This document shows, one piece after another, positions 37,683 to 39,210 of a stretch of 39,210 bases of DNA. Every line of letters begins with the position of its first letter. Positions within the stretch are counted from its first letter, which is position 1. Source of the DNA: an uncultured Bacteroidales bacterium (GTDB lineage: Bacteria > Bacteroidota > Bacteroidia > Bacteroidales > ML635J-15); contig CAZUQY010000002.1 in the NCBI GenBank assembly GCA_964622935.1, positions 1-39,210 of the forward strand, written 5' to 3'. The translations under genes and the position numbers were made by a program. The notes below the pieces were generated by a model. The model did not search any database. It was not told where the DNA came from and saw only the letters and a program-made list of their open reading frames with translations.

Positions 37683-38150
37683 TAAATCACCTGTAGTCTC
37701 AACATTACTAACATTACCGGCACGGTCTACAATGTAGAATTTGTATAGTATGGTGTCTCCGTTAAAAGGAGATGTTTCATCGATATCGTTAACCATTATT
37801 TCACCTTTTAATGTTTTATTATTGCCTTCTGGTTCAAATTTTGGAACATAATAGTTGAGTGGCACCAATAACTCAGCAGGAGTAAGTAATCCATCAACAT
37901 ATTTATATTTTTCTAAGAATATTGTATTTTGTTGTGGCGCAGCAGTATCAAAGCCAATATCACCATCACCGTCAACAAATGAAAAATGCAAAGTTCCTCT
38001 AAGTACAGGATTATCGAGACCATCTAATGTATCTCTAAAGGTAAAACTAATCAACTCTATCTGAGGTTCCGGTGGATACTGCTCTATACGAAAACACGAT
38101 ATCACCAAAACAAAAATTACTAATACTATTACAAAATGTAATACTCTCAT
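37671..38150 (-). CDS. Hypothetical lipoprotein
   Basis: The ATG at 38150 gives MRVLHFVIVLVIFVLVISC, a lipobox-like signal. The track start at 38180 is a TTG lying in a terminator T-run. Contains an acidic VDGDGDIGFD segment. Confidence 0.6.
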   Translation of the reverse strand: MRVLHFVIVLVIFVLVISCFRIEQYPPEPQIELISFTFRDTLDGLDNPVLRGTLHFSFVDGDGDIGFDTAAPQQNTIFLEKYKYVDGLLTPAELLVPLNYYVPKFEPEGNNKTLKGEIMVNDIDETSPFNGDTILYKFYIVDRAGNVSNVETTGDLILK

Positions 38151-38178
38151 AAAACAAAAATATGAAAAATACTGATAC

Positions 38179-38212
38179 AAAAAAAAGAAGCTGTTCGTAA
38201 AAAACAGCTTCT
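38179..38212 (-). terminator. Intrinsic terminator after the DUF3467 gene
   Basis: Perfect 10-bp stem AGAAGCTGTT (38186-38195) / AACAGCTTCT (38203-38212) with a 7-nt loop. A U8 run follows on the minus-strand transcript (A-run 38179-38186). Confidence 0.8.
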
Positions 38213-38228
38213 CTTAATGTTCTAATTA

Positions 38229-38546
38229 TTATGCTTGAGCCGTTGGCCCTCCAAAACTCATAGGAATAGGGCTACCTTGTTTGTTTGAGGTAACTTTAAT
38301 AGCACCATTAGCAGCTTCAAATTTTGCAATATTATCCTGTAATGCTCCCATTAATCTTTTTGCATGCTCAGGTGTAAGAATTATTCTTGACTGAACTTTT
38401 GCTTTTGGTAGTCCTGGCATTATTCTTACAAAGTCCAGAACAAATTCTGAAGACGAGTGAGTAATTACTGCCAGATTTGCATAAATGCCCTGACCAGTTT
38501 CTTCATTCAGTTCAATATTGATTTGATTTTGCTTTTTATCTTCCAT
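38229..38546 (-). CDS. DUF3467-family protein (conserved downstream of rpoC in Bacteroidota)
   Basis: 105-aa ORF. ...GIYANLAVITHSSSEFVLDFVRIMPG... Starts 2 nt after the rpoC stop. Confidence 0.75.
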   Translation of the reverse strand: MEDKKQNQINIELNEETGQGIYANLAVITHSSSEFVLDFVRIMPGLPKAKVQSRIILTPEHAKRLMGALQDNIAKFEAANGAIKVTSNKQGSPIPMSFGGPTAQA

Positions 38547-38548
38547 TA

Positions 38549-39210
38549 CTAAAATTCTTTAGTTATTTCTATTTCTTCCTCTTCTTTCTGCAATTTTTCC
38601 ATTATTTCTTTAGCAACAACACGAATGTTCTTGAATTCTCTTTGTCCTGTTCCAGCAGGGATTAAGTGACCGACAATTACGTTCTCCTTTAAACCCTCTA
38701 GATGGTCAACTTTTGCTTTAATTGCAGCTTCGTTAAGTACTTTAGTTGTCTCCTGGAATGATGCAGCTGACATAAAGCTTTTTGTTTGAAGAGCAGCTCT
38801 AGTAATACCCTGAAGTATTTGACTTGATGTTGCAGGAAGAGCATCTCTGACCTCTACAAGTTTCATGTCTTTACGTTTTAACATCGAATTTTCATCACGT
38901 AATCTACGATATGAAATAATTTGTCCAGGTTTGAAATTTGTTGAATCTCCTTCAATAACAACAACCTTTTTATCAAATAAATTATCATTTTCTAAGCGAA
39001 TTGCCCACTTGTCAACAATTTGTTTTTCTAGTAACTGAGTATCTCCAGGTTCTTCAATAACAACTTTTCTCATCATTTGACGAACAATAACCTCAAAGTG
39101 TTTATCATTAATTTTCACACCTTGTAAACGATAAACGTCCTGTACTTCATTAACAAGATATTCTTGTACTTCTGTTGGACCTTTTATGGATAGAATGTCG
39201 CTTGGAGTAA
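38549..39210 (-). CDS. rpoC: DNA-directed RNA polymerase beta' subunit, C-terminal fragment (continues beyond window)
   Basis: The reading frame is open to the window edge. It translates as ...[37 protein letters not shown]..., the conserved RpoC C-terminal region. The track's M at 39118 is an internal GTG (Val). Confidence 0.93.
   Translation of the reverse strand, partial: TPSDILSIKGPTEVQEYLVNEVQDVYRLQGVKINDKHFEVIVRQMMRKVVIEEPGDTQLLEKQIVDKWAIRLENDNLFDKKVVVIEGDSTNFKPGQIISYRRLRDENSMLKRKDMKLVEVRDALPATSSQILQGITRAALQTKSFMSAASFQETTKVLNEAAIKAKVDHLEGLKENVIVGHLIPAGTGQREFKNIRVVAKEIMEKLQKEEEEIEITKEF

Noticed and set aside
1-39210. Scan for mobile elements, CRISPR arrays, integrase-at-tRNA islands, retron or DGR components, and known defence genes.
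   Set aside because: I found no regularly spaced direct repeats and no transposase, integrase, reverse-transcriptase or nuclease/ATPase defence-type ORFs. I noticed no duplicated tRNA 3' halves flanking either tRNA. Composition looks uniform apart from the 19.07-19.32 kb repeats. This was a by-eye inspection only and needs confirmation by HMM searches.

Overview
AT-rich 39.2-kb chromosomal window, most likely from a member of the Bacteroidota. This placement is an inference from four observations: a T9SS-type C-terminal sorting tail, many exact TAnnTTTG -7 promoter boxes just upstream of genes, rpoC followed by a DUF3467 gene, and dnaE followed by trxA. I count 33 protein-coding genes and 2 tRNAs (Cys-GCA, Leu-TAG). 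Almost all genes are housekeeping:
- Translation and replication: glyQS, pheS, tig, dnaE, dnaG, rnhB, and the rpoC 3' end.
- Central metabolism: megL-like PLP enzyme, rpiB, fumC, asnB, dxs.
- Fe-S and redox: trxA, sufE, DUF59/sufT.
- Envelope: kdsB, a GT4 glycosyltransferase, a Wzx-like flippase, a UPF0104 membrane protein, two OmpA-domain proteins, a MORN-repeat protein, a beta-barrel protein and a T9SS cargo protein.

I see no transposase, integrase, phage gene, CRISPR array, restriction or other defence gene, and no toxin-antitoxin pair. I therefore cannot support a claim that the window holds a novel multi-gene system.

The best lead is non-coding. The unusually long 571-nt pheS/dnaE divergent spacer contains a duplicated 86-nt module with paired 11-nt dyads, and the dyad symmetry is kept by compensatory substitutions. 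Weaker leads are:
- a radical-SAM gene with a non-canonical Cx4Cx2C motif, tightly coupled to a coiled-coil OmpA lipoprotein;
- an 891-aa TPR/PD40/OmpA/poly-Asn/SPOR mosaic protein;
- two convergent unknown secreted-protein genes whose stop codons lie inside one inverted repeat;
- an orphan LuxE-like gene;
- a secreted MORN-repeat plus beta-barrel gene pair.

Several six-frame ORF starts were corrected: tig, MORN, HD, the lipoprotein and radical SAM.
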